NCBI GenBank assembly: GCA_963754675.1
Contig: CAVWHD010000026.1
Location: 199,298 to 263,297, forward strand
Length of the DNA: 64,000 nt
Source of the DNA: an uncultured Alphaproteobacteria bacterium
GTDB lineage: Bacteria; Pseudomonadota; Alphaproteobacteria; Rhizobiales; Aestuariivirgaceae
Direction: 5' to 3'
The position numbers and the translations under genes were made by a program. Below the pieces are notes generated by a model. The model saw only the letters and a program-made list of their open reading frames with translations. It had not been told where the DNA came from and made no database searches. Shown here one piece after another: positions 27,977 through 37,459 of the stretch. The first letter of the stretch is position 1. Every line of letters starts with the position of its first letter.

Positions 27977-30298
27977 ATGCATGTCTCTTTGCGCACAACC
28001 GTCTCTGCCTTGGCTTTGGCAGCCACAATTGCAATTGCACCACCGGCGAAGGCAAACGAATTTCCCCCCGCCATCGATCTCTCAACCCTCAACGGCTTGA
28101 CCGGCTTCCGCCTTGACGGCATCGATATCAGTGACTACAGCGGCATTTCCGCCGCCGCGGCGGGCGATGTCAACGGCGACGGCTTCGGCGACCTCGTCAT
28201 CGGCGCCAGTGGCGGCGATCCAAACGGGGATCTCTCCGCTGGAGAGAGCTATGTGGTGTTCGGCAAGGGCCCGTCTTCGGGCGGCTTCGCCTCGGCCATC
28301 GATCTAGGCGGCCTGAACGGCACCACCGGCTTCCGCCTCGATGGCATCGATGCCGGCGACTTGAGCGGCATTTCCGCCGCCGCGGCGGGCGATGTCAACG
28401 GCGACGGCTTCGACGACCTCGTCATCGGCGCCAGTAGCGGCGATCCAAACGGGGATCTCTCCGCTGGAGAGAGCTATGTGGTGTTCGGCAAGGGCCCGTC
28501 TTCGGGCGGCTTTGCCCAGGCCATTGATCTAGGTAGCCTGAACGGCTCGACTGGCTTCCGCCTCGATGGCATCGATGCCGGCGACTTTAGCGGCCGTTCC
28601 GTCGCTTCGGCGGGCGATGTCAACGGCGACGGCTTCGGCGATATCGTCATCGGCGCCTGGGGCGGCGATCCGAACGGCGATTCCTATGCCGGCGAGAGCT
28701 ATGTGGTGTTCGGCAAGGCTTCGGGCTTCGCCTCGGCCATCGATCTAGGCTCCCTCAATGGCTCGACCGGCTTCCGCCTCGACGGCATCGATGTCAACGA
28801 CGAGAGCGGCCGTTCCGCCGCCGCGGCGGGTGATGTCAACGGCGACGGCTTCGGCGACCTCGTCATCGGCGCCTGGGGCGGCGATCCGAACGGCGATTCC
28901 TATGCCGGGGAGAGCTATGTGGTGTTCGGCAAGGCTTCGGGCTTCGCCTCGGCCATCGATCTAGGCAGCCTGAACGGCTCGACCGGCTTCCGCCTTGACG
29001 GCATCGATGCCGACGACCGCAGCGGCCGTTCCGTCGCATCGGCGGGCGATGTCAACGGCGACGGCTTCGGCGATATCGTCATCGGCGCCAGGGGCGGCGA
29101 TCCGAACGGCGATTCCTCTGCCGGGGAGAGCTATGTGGTGTTCGGCAAGGGCCCGTCTTCGGGCGGCTTTGCCTCGGCCATCGATCTCGCCAGCCTGAAC
29201 GGCACCACCGGCTTCCGCCTCGATGGCATCGATGCCACTGACTACAGCGGCCGTTCCGTCGCATCGGCGGGCGATGTCAACGGCGACGGCTTCGGCGACC
29301 TCGTCATCGGCGCCTGGGGCGGCGATCCGAACGGCGATTCCTCTGCCGGGGAGAGCTATGTGGTGTTCGGCAAGGGCCCGTCTTCGGGTGGCTTCACCTC
29401 GGCCATCGATCTCGCCAGCCTGAACGGCACCACCGGCTTCCGCCTCGACGGCATCGATATCCGTGACTACAGCGGCCTTTCCGTCGCTTCGGCGGGCGAT
29501 GTCAACGGCGACGGCTTCGGCGATATCGTCATCGGCGCCGAGGGCGGTGATCCAAACGGCGATTCCAATGCTGGCGAGAGCTATGTGGTGTTCGGCCGCG
29601 CTCCCGATGCTGCCGTGACTCGGTCCGGCTCAGCGGCCGCGCAATACATCAGCGGCGGCGCCTTTGCCGACACACTGTCGGGATTAGACGGTAAAGATCG
29701 CCTGGAAGGCCGCGCCGGACCTGACAAGCTCGACGGCGGCGATGGCAGCGATACCGCGAGCTACGCCCATGCTCCAACCGCTGTTCGGGCCAGCCTCGCC
29801 TCACCGGGAGCCAATACCGGCGATGCCGCAGGCGATAAGTATCTTTCGATCGAAAATCTCGAAGGCTCCCGCTTCGGAGACAAACTGGTCGGCAATGATT
29901 CCGCTAACCGCTTCATCGGCGGCAAGGGCCGCGACGCTCAAACCGGCGGCGGCGGAACAGACGTATTCCAGCTCTTGAGGCCAAGCGACAGCAAGCCCGG
30001 CACGCAGCACGACATCATAACGGATTTCAACGCTGGAGATGCTGGCACCAGCTTCGACAAAATCGATCTCTCGGCCATCGACGCCAAGACAGGCGTGGGC
30101 GGCAACCAGGCCTTCACCTTCATCGGAACCGCCCCCTTCAGCGGCGCCAAGGGCCAGCTCCGGACTTCACTCAATACAGCCGGAACCTCAACCATCGTTC
30201 AAGGCGACGTCAACGGCGACAAGAGTCCCGATTTCGAAATCCTCCTCCAAGGCCTCACCGCGCTTGCGAACCTCACGAGCATCGACTTTGTGAGGTAA
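27977..30298 (+). CDS. Secreted FG-GAP (integrin-alpha-like) beta-propeller protein with RTX Ca-binding repeats and a serralysin-like C-terminal domain
   Basis: Signal peptide ...PAKA|NEF; 7 x AGDVNGDGFxDxxIGA repeats; GGxGxD nonamers; DKIDLSAIDA...QAFTFIG...VQGDVNGD..PDFEI tail. Confidence 0.9.
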   Translation: MHVSLRTTVSALALAATIAIAPPAKANEFPPAIDLSTLNGLTGFRLDGIDISDYSGISAAAAGDVNGDGFGDLVIGASGGDPNGDLSAGESYVVFGKGPSSGGFASAIDLGGLNGTTGFRLDGIDAGDLSGISAAAAGDVNGDGFDDLVIGASSGDPNGDLSAGESYVVFGKGPSSGGFAQAIDLGSLNGSTGFRLDGIDAGDFSGRSVASAGDVNGDGFGDIVIGAWGGDPNGDSYAGESYVVFGKASGFASAIDLGSLNGSTGFRLDGIDVNDESGRSAAAAGDVNGDGFGDLVIGAWGGDPNGDSYAGESYVVFGKASGFASAIDLGSLNGSTGFRLDGIDADDRSGRSVASAGDVNGDGFGDIVIGARGGDPNGDSSAGESYVVFGKGPSSGGFASAIDLASLNGTTGFRLDGIDATDYSGRSVASAGDVNGDGFGDLVIGAWGGDPNGDSSAGESYVVFGKGPSSGGFTSAIDLASLNGTTGFRLDGIDIRDYSGLSVASAGDVNGDGFGDIVIGAEGGDPNGDSNAGESYVVFGRAPDAAVTRSGSAAAQYISGGAFADTLSGLDGKDRLEGRAGPDKLDGGDGSDTASYAHAPTAVRASLASPGANTGDAAGDKYLSIENLEGSRFGDKLVGNDSANRFIGGKGRDAQTGGGGTDVFQLLRPSDSKPGTQHDIITDFNAGDAGTSFDKIDLSAIDAKTGVGGNQAFTFIGTAPFSGAKGQLRTSLNTAGTSTIVQGDVNGDKSPDFEILLQGLTALANLTSIDFVR
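28070..29600 (+). repeat. Seven intragenic tandem repeats of 225 or 216 nt
   Basis: Units start at 28070, 28295, 28520, 28736, 28952, 29177 and 29402; near-identical at the DNA level. Confidence 0.95.
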
Positions 30299-30301
30299 CG
30301 G

Positions 30302-32270
30302 CTACAGCCCCATCGCCAGCTTGCGGCCTTCATAGATCGCCATGGCCGCATTGCGTGCTGCCGTGGCATCGCCGATTGAGGGTGCGCCTAGCTCATCGGC
30401 GAGCCCGTGCTCGGAGACGTTGGTTGAGGCCGTCACCAGCGAATCGCCTTCGATCCGCTCCGGCTTGCCGCCGAAACTCTGAACCGTCGCTCCATCGCCA
30501 TGCCATTCGAGCATCATGGTCTCAGGCCTGAGCGCAACACCCAGCTCGCGCAGCCGCGACCTGAGCTGAAGATCGGCGTTGGTCCGCGCCATCTCTGCCA
30601 TGATGGCCGGAGCCCCGGTGACAACCGTCACCGCATGACCAGCCTCAGCCAAATGAAGCGCCGTGCCCGCGCCCTTCCAATTTGCCGTTTCATCGAGAAT
30701 GATCACTCTCTTGCCGAGCCTGGCCGAACGCCCCATCACCTCTTCCGCACTCCACGCATTGCCGCGCTCGATCCCCGGCAACGAATCAAAATGCGGCAGC
30801 GCCCGCTGGAACGCCTTGCCGTCCGGCAGCGATCCCGTGGCGATGATGATTTGATCGGCGCCGAAAGCCTTGGCCTCTTCCGCATCGAGCGGCGTATTGA
30901 GCAGGACTTTCACTTGCAGTTTGCCAAGCTGCCGCTCGAACCAGTCGAGATAATCGATGATCTGTTGCCGCCGAGGCGCCAGCCCGGCCAGGCGGAACTG
31001 CCCGCCCAGCTTGTCCGAAGCCTCGGCCAGCGTCACCTGATGGCCGCGCTCCGCCGCCACCCGCGCCGCTTCCAGCCCGGCAACGCCGCCGCCGATGACC
31101 AGAATCTTCTTCGGTTTCGCCGCCGCCGTGAACCGGTCCCCGCCCCATTCGAACTCGCGGCCGGCGCTGGGATTGATCAGGCATGAAATCCAATAGTCGC
31201 GGTAGCGCCTTCCCCAGCACATCTGGTTGCAGGAAAGGCAGGGGCGGATATCCTCCGGCCTCCCCTCCTTCGCCTTGTTGGCGAGATGCGGATCGGCGAT
31301 CTGTCCACGCACGATCGACACCATGTCGGCCTGGCCCGAGGCCACCACGTAATTGGCATTCTCCGGCGTGCGCACATGGGCCTCGCACTGCACCTTGGCG
31401 TGCTTCACCACTCTGCTTGAGCGCCTCCGCATGGGGAGCCCCCAGCTTGTCGGCAAAGAACACATTGGGAATGATGCCGCCGAAGGAAAAATAGCTTCCC
31501 GTGCCGCAGGTGACATAATCCATGAGCTGGCGCTCGTCGTGCCAGGCAATGATCTCCTGCAGCTGCTCGATGGTTTGCGACACCTTCACGTCCGGGTCCA
31601 TGTTGACGGCGATGCCGATGATGAAATCCTCGCCCGCCATCTTGCGGATGCGTTCCATGATGGTGCGCGAAAAGCGCATGCGATTCTCGAAACTGCCGCC
31701 CCACTTGTCCGAACGCCGGTTGTTGAACGGCAGCCAGAACTGGTCGATGATGGCGTTATAAGCGGCGAACAGCTCGATGCCGTCGAAGCCCGACTCCTTG
31801 GCCCGCCGCGCCGCCTCAACGAACCCCTCGATGATCTCTTCGATTTCGCTTTCATTCATCGCATGGCTGCCGTCGGAATCATGGAACGACGGCAGGCCCG
31901 AGGGTGACCAGGAGGGCTCATAGGAATTGTCGAAATCGCCATGCTGGCCCACATGGTAGAGCTGGTGACAGATGACCGTCCCGTGAGCGTGCACCGCATC
32001 GGTGATCTTGCGGAAATGCGGGATGATTTCATCGGTGGAGTGGCGGAAATTGCCGCGTGTGAGCACCGCCGTGCGGTGCACCGGCACCGGCTCGACCACG
32101 ATCATCGCCGCCCCGCCCCGGGCCCGCTCCTCGTAATAGCCGCGGTGCCGTTCTCCCGGCAGGCCCATGTCCGACATGTTGGCGGTATGCGAGCCGAACA
32201 CGATGCGGTTGCGCAGCGTCTTGTGGCGGAGCTGCAGGGGTTTGAACAGGGCGGGAAATTGACTGGCCAT
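30302..32270 (-). CDS. OYE-family NADH:flavin oxidoreductase with Fe-S and FAD/NAD domains (StcD/DgcA-like N-demethylase); frameshift at ~31415
   Basis: RNRIVFGSHTANM, ERARGGAAMI, GFDGIE, RSDKWGGSFENRMRF, CLSCNQMC...CLINP, GGGVAGLEAA. Confidence 0.85.
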
Positions 32271-32277
32271 TTGATCC

Positions 32278-33799
32278 TCAATCGATGGGCGACCCGCCCT
32301 CCTCCCGGCGCTTCGCCACGAAGGCCAGAAGCGCCTCGCGAATACCGGGATCGAGGTGGGGTTGTTCATAGGTCTTGAGCGCCTCCTGCCAGATGCCGGT
32401 GGCGCGCTCGGTGGCGCTCTTGCCGCCCGCCTCCATCCACGCGCCATAATTCTGCGTGGTGGAAACCAGCGGACGATAGAAGGCCGTCTCGAAAGTGGCG
32501 ATGGTGCGCTCGGTGCCGAAGAAATGCCCGCCGGGCCCGACCGTTGCAATCTCTTCGAGCCCCAGCGTCTCGGCATTGATTTCAACCGGCTCGAGCATCT
32601 GCATCATGGTTTGCACGATTTCGCAATCGAGCACGAATTTCTCGTAGGATGTGCACAGCCCGCCCTCCACCCAGCCCGCCGCATGCATGAGAAGATTGGC
32701 TCCCGCCGAGGCCGCGGCGAAGACCGATGCGGTCGAACTCGATGCCCGAGGCGAAATCCGCGATGTTGGACGCGCTGAAATTGGACGACCGCATCGGCAT
32801 GTTATAACGCCGCGCCAGCTGCCCGCCGATGATGGTGCAGCGGTGCATGTCGGCAAGCCCATAGGCGGGAGCTCCCGTCTTCATGTCGACATTCATCGCG
32901 GCGCAACCATAGAGCACCGGAGCGCCCGGCCGCACCAGTTGGGCAAGCGCCGTGCCGAACAGGATCTCGGCCGTGTTGAGCGCCATGGCGCCGGCGATGG
33001 TGGCGGGCGTCGATGCCCCGGCCATGACAAAGGGCGTGAGCAGCGTGGGCTGGCCGTATTTCGCCATATCCATGACGCCCACGGTCATCGGCACATCATA
33101 TTGCAGCGGCGTGTTGGTGTTGATGATCGAAAAGACGCCCGGGCTTTGCGCGAACTGTTCCAGCGTTTCGCCGCGCGCCATGGCGCACATGGTGAGAACA
33201 TCTGCGATGCGCTGGCGGCTCTGGCAGAAAACGTAAGGCACCTTGTCGGTGAGCGTCAGCATGGCTAGTGCCGCTTCAAGATGGCGGTGGCGCACTTCGA
33301 TGTCGAGCGGCTCCACCGGCCAGCCATTCATTTGCACGGCGTTGAAGAATTGCGTGAGCTTCAGCAACTCACTTAGATCGGCCAGCGTGCCGGAGCGCCG
33401 GCCGCGCATGAGATCGGTGCAGTTTGGCGGTCCCAGCACCGCGGCGGTAGTAAGGTAGTCGCCACCGAGCTTCACGGCGTGGGCCGGGTTGCGCGGGCTC
33501 AGCGTGATCGCCGCGGGTACTGTTTTGAGAGCAGTCAAGACAATCTCCCGCCCCACCCGCACCCGGCCATCGCTCTCGTCGATCGTAGCCCCTGCCCTGG
33601 CAAAGATGTCGCGCGCTTCCTTCACCTGACAGCGCACCCCGATGCGTTCGAGAATTTCGAGCGCCGCCAGATGCAGCGATTCGACTTCATCATCGGAAAT
33701 CAGCCGCGCCCGCGGCAGCGGATTGACGAGCTGCGTCCACGGCTTCTGGACGATGTCCTGAACCCTGCGCCGCCTCGCCGTTCCCGCCCGCATGTTCAT
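32278..33799 (-). CDS. MttB-family (trimethylamine/betaine) methyltransferase, non-pyrrolysine; frameshift at ~32736
   Basis: IINTNTPLQYD, TPFVMAGASTPATIAGA, RPGAPVLYG, VDMKTGAPAYG, HAAGWVEGGL..SYEKF, GPGGHFFG. Confidence 0.9.
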
Positions 33800-34806
33800 T
33801 CCGCAAAGCTCTTGAGGCGGTCGTAAAGAGCCCGCTCGATTGGCAGGCCCTCGCGCTTCAACCGATTCTGGTTGGCCTCGCGCCGCGCATTGGGCATGCG
33901 CGCGCCTGGCTGAGAAACGATGGATTTGATCAGCGCCTTGATCTGCTTGTCGAACAGGCCGCCGGAAAATATCTTGGGTTCTAGTGCAATGAAGAACTGC
34001 CCGTTGCCCACCGGTTTGCCGTCATCATCCACGACCGAGCCCATCTCAGGCCCGAGCCTAGCGCCTGCCAGTGCCGCCGACATGACCTCTACGATCAGGC
34101 CCTGGCCAAAGCCCTTGTAGCCACCGGAGGGAGCCATCGAACCGTCAAGGCCCTCATGCGGATTGGTGGTGGGCGTCCCCAATTTATCCAGCGCCCAGCC
34201 AAGTGGAATTTCACGGCTCTCTTCCGCCGCCCGCTTCACCGCCGTCCACGCCACCGCCGACGACGATTGATCGACGAGAAAAGCGATCTTGCCCCGAGGA
34301 CCCGGCACCGCGAAGGACAGAGGATTGGTGCCGATCACCGGCTTGCTGCCGCCCACCGGCGCAATGGTGGGCGGCGCATTGGTGAAGCCGAAGGCCACCA
34401 GCCCGCGCTTGGCCAGATAGCCCGTATGATACCCCAGCGTTGCGCAGTTATAGGAATTGTAGACGGCCATGCCGGCGATGCCATGCTTGAGTGCCGCCGG
34501 AATGAGTTTGGCGAAACCCTGCTCGATAGCCGGATGAGCGAAGCCCTGGCGCGCATCAACCCGCAACGCCACCGGCGTGAGGCGCTTGACCATCGCTCTC
34601 GCTCGCCCGTCAACTTTGCCGCTCTTCGCATGTTGGCAATAGAACTGCAGCCAGTAGAACCCGTGGCCAGCCAGCCCAGAAAGCTCCGTATCGAGAATGG
34701 CATCGCTGAAATACCCTGCATTCCCCGCCGAGGTGCCCGCCCCCGTCAAGGCGTCGAAAATCAGCTTCCGTGCCTTCGCTGGACTGAGCGTCAATGCTTC
34801 CGACAT
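33796..34806 (-). CDS. Ldh_2 family oxidoreductase (AllD/ComC/DpkA-like)
   Basis: GLAGHG, GTNPLSFAVP, DQSSS, GWALDKLG, GGYKGFG, GQFFIALEP. Confidence 0.9.
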   Translation of the reverse strand: MSEALTLSPAKARKLIFDALTGAGTSAGNAGYFSDAILDTELSGLAGHGFYWLQFYCQHAKSGKVDGRARAMVKRLTPVALRVDARQGFAHPAIEQGFAKLIPAALKHGIAGMAVYNSYNCATLGYHTGYLAKRGLVAFGFTNAPPTIAPVGGSKPVIGTNPLSFAVPGPRGKIAFLVDQSSSAVAWTAVKRAAEESREIPLGWALDKLGTPTTNPHEGLDGSMAPSGGYKGFGQGLIVEVMSAALAGARLGPEMGSVVDDDGKPVGNGQFFIALEPKIFSGGLFDKQIKALIKSIVSQPGARMPNARREANQNRLKREGLPIERALYDRLKSFAE

Positions 34807-34889
34807 TGCTAACTCCGCTTCCTAACCACTACCTTCAACAGACATCGCCGGCTCTGCGCCGTCAAGCGATAGAATAATTCGATGCCCAA

Positions 34890-34987
34890 AGCGGGATGCC
34901 AGCTGGAGTTTACCCCCGGACTCGATCCGGGGGCTGGCAAGACGGTATTAAAAAGTCCGTCACCCCAACGAAAGTTGGGGTCCCGCT
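34890..34987. repeat. Two CGTC-REPs at the 3' side of the GIY-YIG gene
   Basis: 34890-34944 (REP with a CCCCCGGACTCGATCCGGGGG hairpin in its loop) and CGTCACCCCAACGAAAGTTGGGGTCCCGCT at 34958-34987, abutting the stop codon. Confidence 0.9.
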
Positions 34988-35308
34988 TTAGTCTTCAACC
35001 AGCGTCGCCACGGTATCAATACTGTCATGAAGGTCATGCCACTCCGGATTCATTCTTTCGACCAACTCAATCTTCCAGGCACGCCTCCATGCTTTGATCT
35101 GCTTCTCGCGCTTAATTGCCCCTTCCATGGACTGCCTGTGCTCATACCAAACCAGCAGCTTCACTTCGTACTTCGATGTGAAACCGGGCGTCGTGCCGTT
35201 CTTGTGATCGCACACCCGCGACCAGAGAGCGCTGGTTACACCAACATAAAGCGTACCGCGATACCGGCTTGCCATGATGTAATCGGCAGGGTGCTTCTCA
35301 AGAGCCAT
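34988..35308 (-). CDS. Stand-alone GIY-YIG nuclease
   Basis: YIMASRYRGTLYVGVT...RV.DH...FTSKY.V..LVWYE...AIKREKQIKAWRRAWKIELVE..NP.W.DL. Confidence 0.9.
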   Translation of the reverse strand: MALEKHPADYIMASRYRGTLYVGVTSALWSRVCDHKNGTTPGFTSKYEVKLLVWYEHRQSMEGAIKREKQIKAWRRAWKIELVERMNPEWHDLHDSIDTVATLVED

Positions 35309-35340
35309 GACCAGCAGGCAATACCATGTATTTCAGCCAA

Positions 35341-35461
35341 AGCGGGATGCCAGCTTTCGCTGGCAAGACGGTACTAAAAGAAGGTCCGTCCCCCCAACGA
35401 AAGTTGGGGTCCCGCTTTACCCTTTGACCAAAGCGGGATGCCAGCTTTCGCTGGCAAGACG
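35341..35461. repeat. Three alternating CGTC-REPs at the 5' side of the GIY-YIG gene
   Basis: 35341-35370, 35387-35416 and 35432-35461; the first and third are identical (AGCGGGATGCCAGCTTTCGCTGGCAAGACG). Confidence 0.9.
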
Positions 35462-35562
35462 GGCTGAGTAAGGGTAGGAATTTAGACGGCATCATTTTCA
35501 CGTTGCGCCGGTTGCGGGCTTACCTCATTATCCCCGGCAATGGTCCAACAGAGGCCGTAGGG

Positions 35563-36503
35563 ATGGGTATGCTGATACTTGCCGCGCGGCGTCTGGCGTC
35601 GATGATCCTGATCATGCTGGTGATCTCGGTCCTGCTGTTCGTCTTTTTCGAAGGCGACAAGCTCAACCTCGCCATGCGGGTGCTTGGCCCGTACTCCACC
35701 ATGGAAGGCAGGCTCCAGTGGCTTGAGGACAATGGCTACAATCGCAACATCCTGACCCGCTATTTCTCCTGGCTCTATGGATTTCTGACCGGCGACTGGA
35801 AGGAATCGGCCCAGTTCAGCGCGCCGGTCTTCGATTTCCTTCTGCCACGGCTGAAGAACACCGCCATTCTCGGCCTCTGCGTTTTCCTGCTCACCGTCGG
35901 CATTTCGCTGGTGCTGGGCGTCCTCTCCGGCATCGCCGAGGCGTCGTCTGCGCGACCGCACCATCACCGTGCTGTCGGTGCTCACCACGTCGGTTCCGGA
36001 ATTTGCCTCCGCCACATTCCTCGTCGCCATCTTCGTCTATCTGGCTCGATTGGCTGCCGGGATCGTCATCATTCTCCAACGGCTTTGCCTGGAACGAACT
36101 GGTGCTGCCGGTGGCGGCCCTGGTGATCTACAATTTCGGCTACTACACCCGCATGACCAGGGCTTCCATGGCGGAGGTCATGGGCTCGCAATATGTCCGC
36201 ACCGCCGTTCTCAAGGGCCTGCCCTATGGCCGCGTCATCATGCGCCACGCTCTCCGCAATGCCCTGATCGCGCCCTTCACCGTGATGATCCTGCAGCTCA
36301 ACTATCTGCTCTCCGGCGTGGTGGTGACCGAGGTGTTCTTCGCCTATGACGGCTACGGCAAGGCGCTCTACCAGGCCGCCATGTTCGGCGACGTCTATCT
36401 GATCCTCGCCGGCGCCATGATCGCCGTTGTCGTCGCCGTGCTGTCGCAGTTCATCTCCGACATCGGCTACACCTTTCTCAACCCCCGCATCCGCTTCGCA
36501 TAG
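35563..36503 (+). CDS. Dpp/Opp-type ABC permease B (frameshifts at ~35948 and ~36040)
   Basis: TRMTRASMAEVMGSQYVRTAVLKGL (EAA loop), VVTEVFFAYDGYG, LNPRIRFA. Confidence 0.88.
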
Positions 36504-36514
36504 GGAAGCAGCCG

Positions 36515-37456
36515 ATGACCGATGTTGCCGCCTCCCCGCCCCGCGCCAGCCGCCTCTCCAAGTTCCTGCGCGCCTTGGGGCTCTGCGCGAATCGCCGCAT
36601 CGGCATGCTGGGCGCATTCCTGGTGCTGTTCTGGATCCTCGTCGCCATCTTCGCCGACCTGCTGCCGCTCTATGATCCGCTCGCCCAGTCGGCGCCCGAT
36701 CTGTTGAAGCCCGCCTTGTCGCCCGCCCCCGATGGCGGCACCTACTGGCTGGGCACCGACGACAAGGGCCGCGATATCCTCTCGCGCCTGTTCTTCGGCT
36801 CGCGCCTGGTGCTGTTCTGGTCGGGTTTCGCAACCGTCGTGGCCTATGCCGTCGGCATGCTGATGGGCGTGGCGGCCGGCTATCGCGGCGGCTGGTGGGA
36901 CGAGATCATTTCCTTCATCGGCAACGTCTTTTTGGCCTTCCCCCAGATGGTGCTCTACATCGTCATCCTCTCCCAGCTGGGGTCCGATTCCCCCGTCGGC
37001 CAATGGCTGGGCGCCGCGGGCTTCACCACCGTCTGGGTCAAGGGCCTGACCATCGTGCTGGCCGTCATGTTTGCAACCGCCCCCCAGGTTGCCCGCATCG
37101 TCCGCGGCATCGTCCTCGACCTCAAGACCCGCGATTATGTCGCCGCCGCCGAGGTGCGCGGCGAAAGCCCGCTCTACATCATGATCGTCGAACTCCTGCC
37201 CAATGCCAGGGGGCCGCTGATCGTCGATGCCTGCCTCCGCCTCGGCTACGTCACCATCGCCATCGCCGCCCTGGGCTTCCTCGGGCTGGGCCTGCCGCCG
37301 CCCGATCCCGACTGGGGCAAGATGATCTCCGAAGTGAGAGGCTTCGGCGCCATGGCCGCCAACGCCATGATCTGGCCGGCGCTGGCAATCTCCACTCTGG
37401 TTCTCGGCCTCAACCTGCTGGCCGATGGCCTCCGCGAAATTTCCCTGAGGGACTGA
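36515..37456 (+). CDS. Dpp/Opp-type ABC permease C
   Basis: LGTDDKGRDILSRL, RDYVAAAEVRGE, LGFLGLG.PPP.PDWG. Confidence 0.92.
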   Translation: MTDVAASPPRASRLSKFLRALGLCANRRIGMLGAFLVLFWILVAIFADLLPLYDPLAQSAPDLLKPALSPAPDGGTYWLGTDDKGRDILSRLFFGSRLVLFWSGFATVVAYAVGMLMGVAAGYRGGWWDEIISFIGNVFLAFPQMVLYIVILSQLGSDSPVGQWLGAAGFTTVWVKGLTIVLAVMFATAPQVARIVRGIVLDLKTRDYVAAAEVRGESPLYIMIVELLPNARGPLIVDACLRLGYVTIAIAALGFLGLGLPPPDPDWGKMISEVRGFGAMAANAMIWPALAISTLVLGLNLLADGLREISLRD

Positions 37457-37459
37457 GCC

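Noticed and set aside
28070-29600. Tandem repeats as a possible CRISPR array
   Set aside because: Units are 216-225 nt, in frame and protein-coding, with no unique spacers and no cas genes.
34890-35461. Short palindromic repeats as a mini-CRISPR or as IS terminal inverted repeats
   Set aside because: Copies alternate in orientation, spacers are short and conserved, and there is no DDE/HUH transposase or target-site duplication. They fit REP elements.
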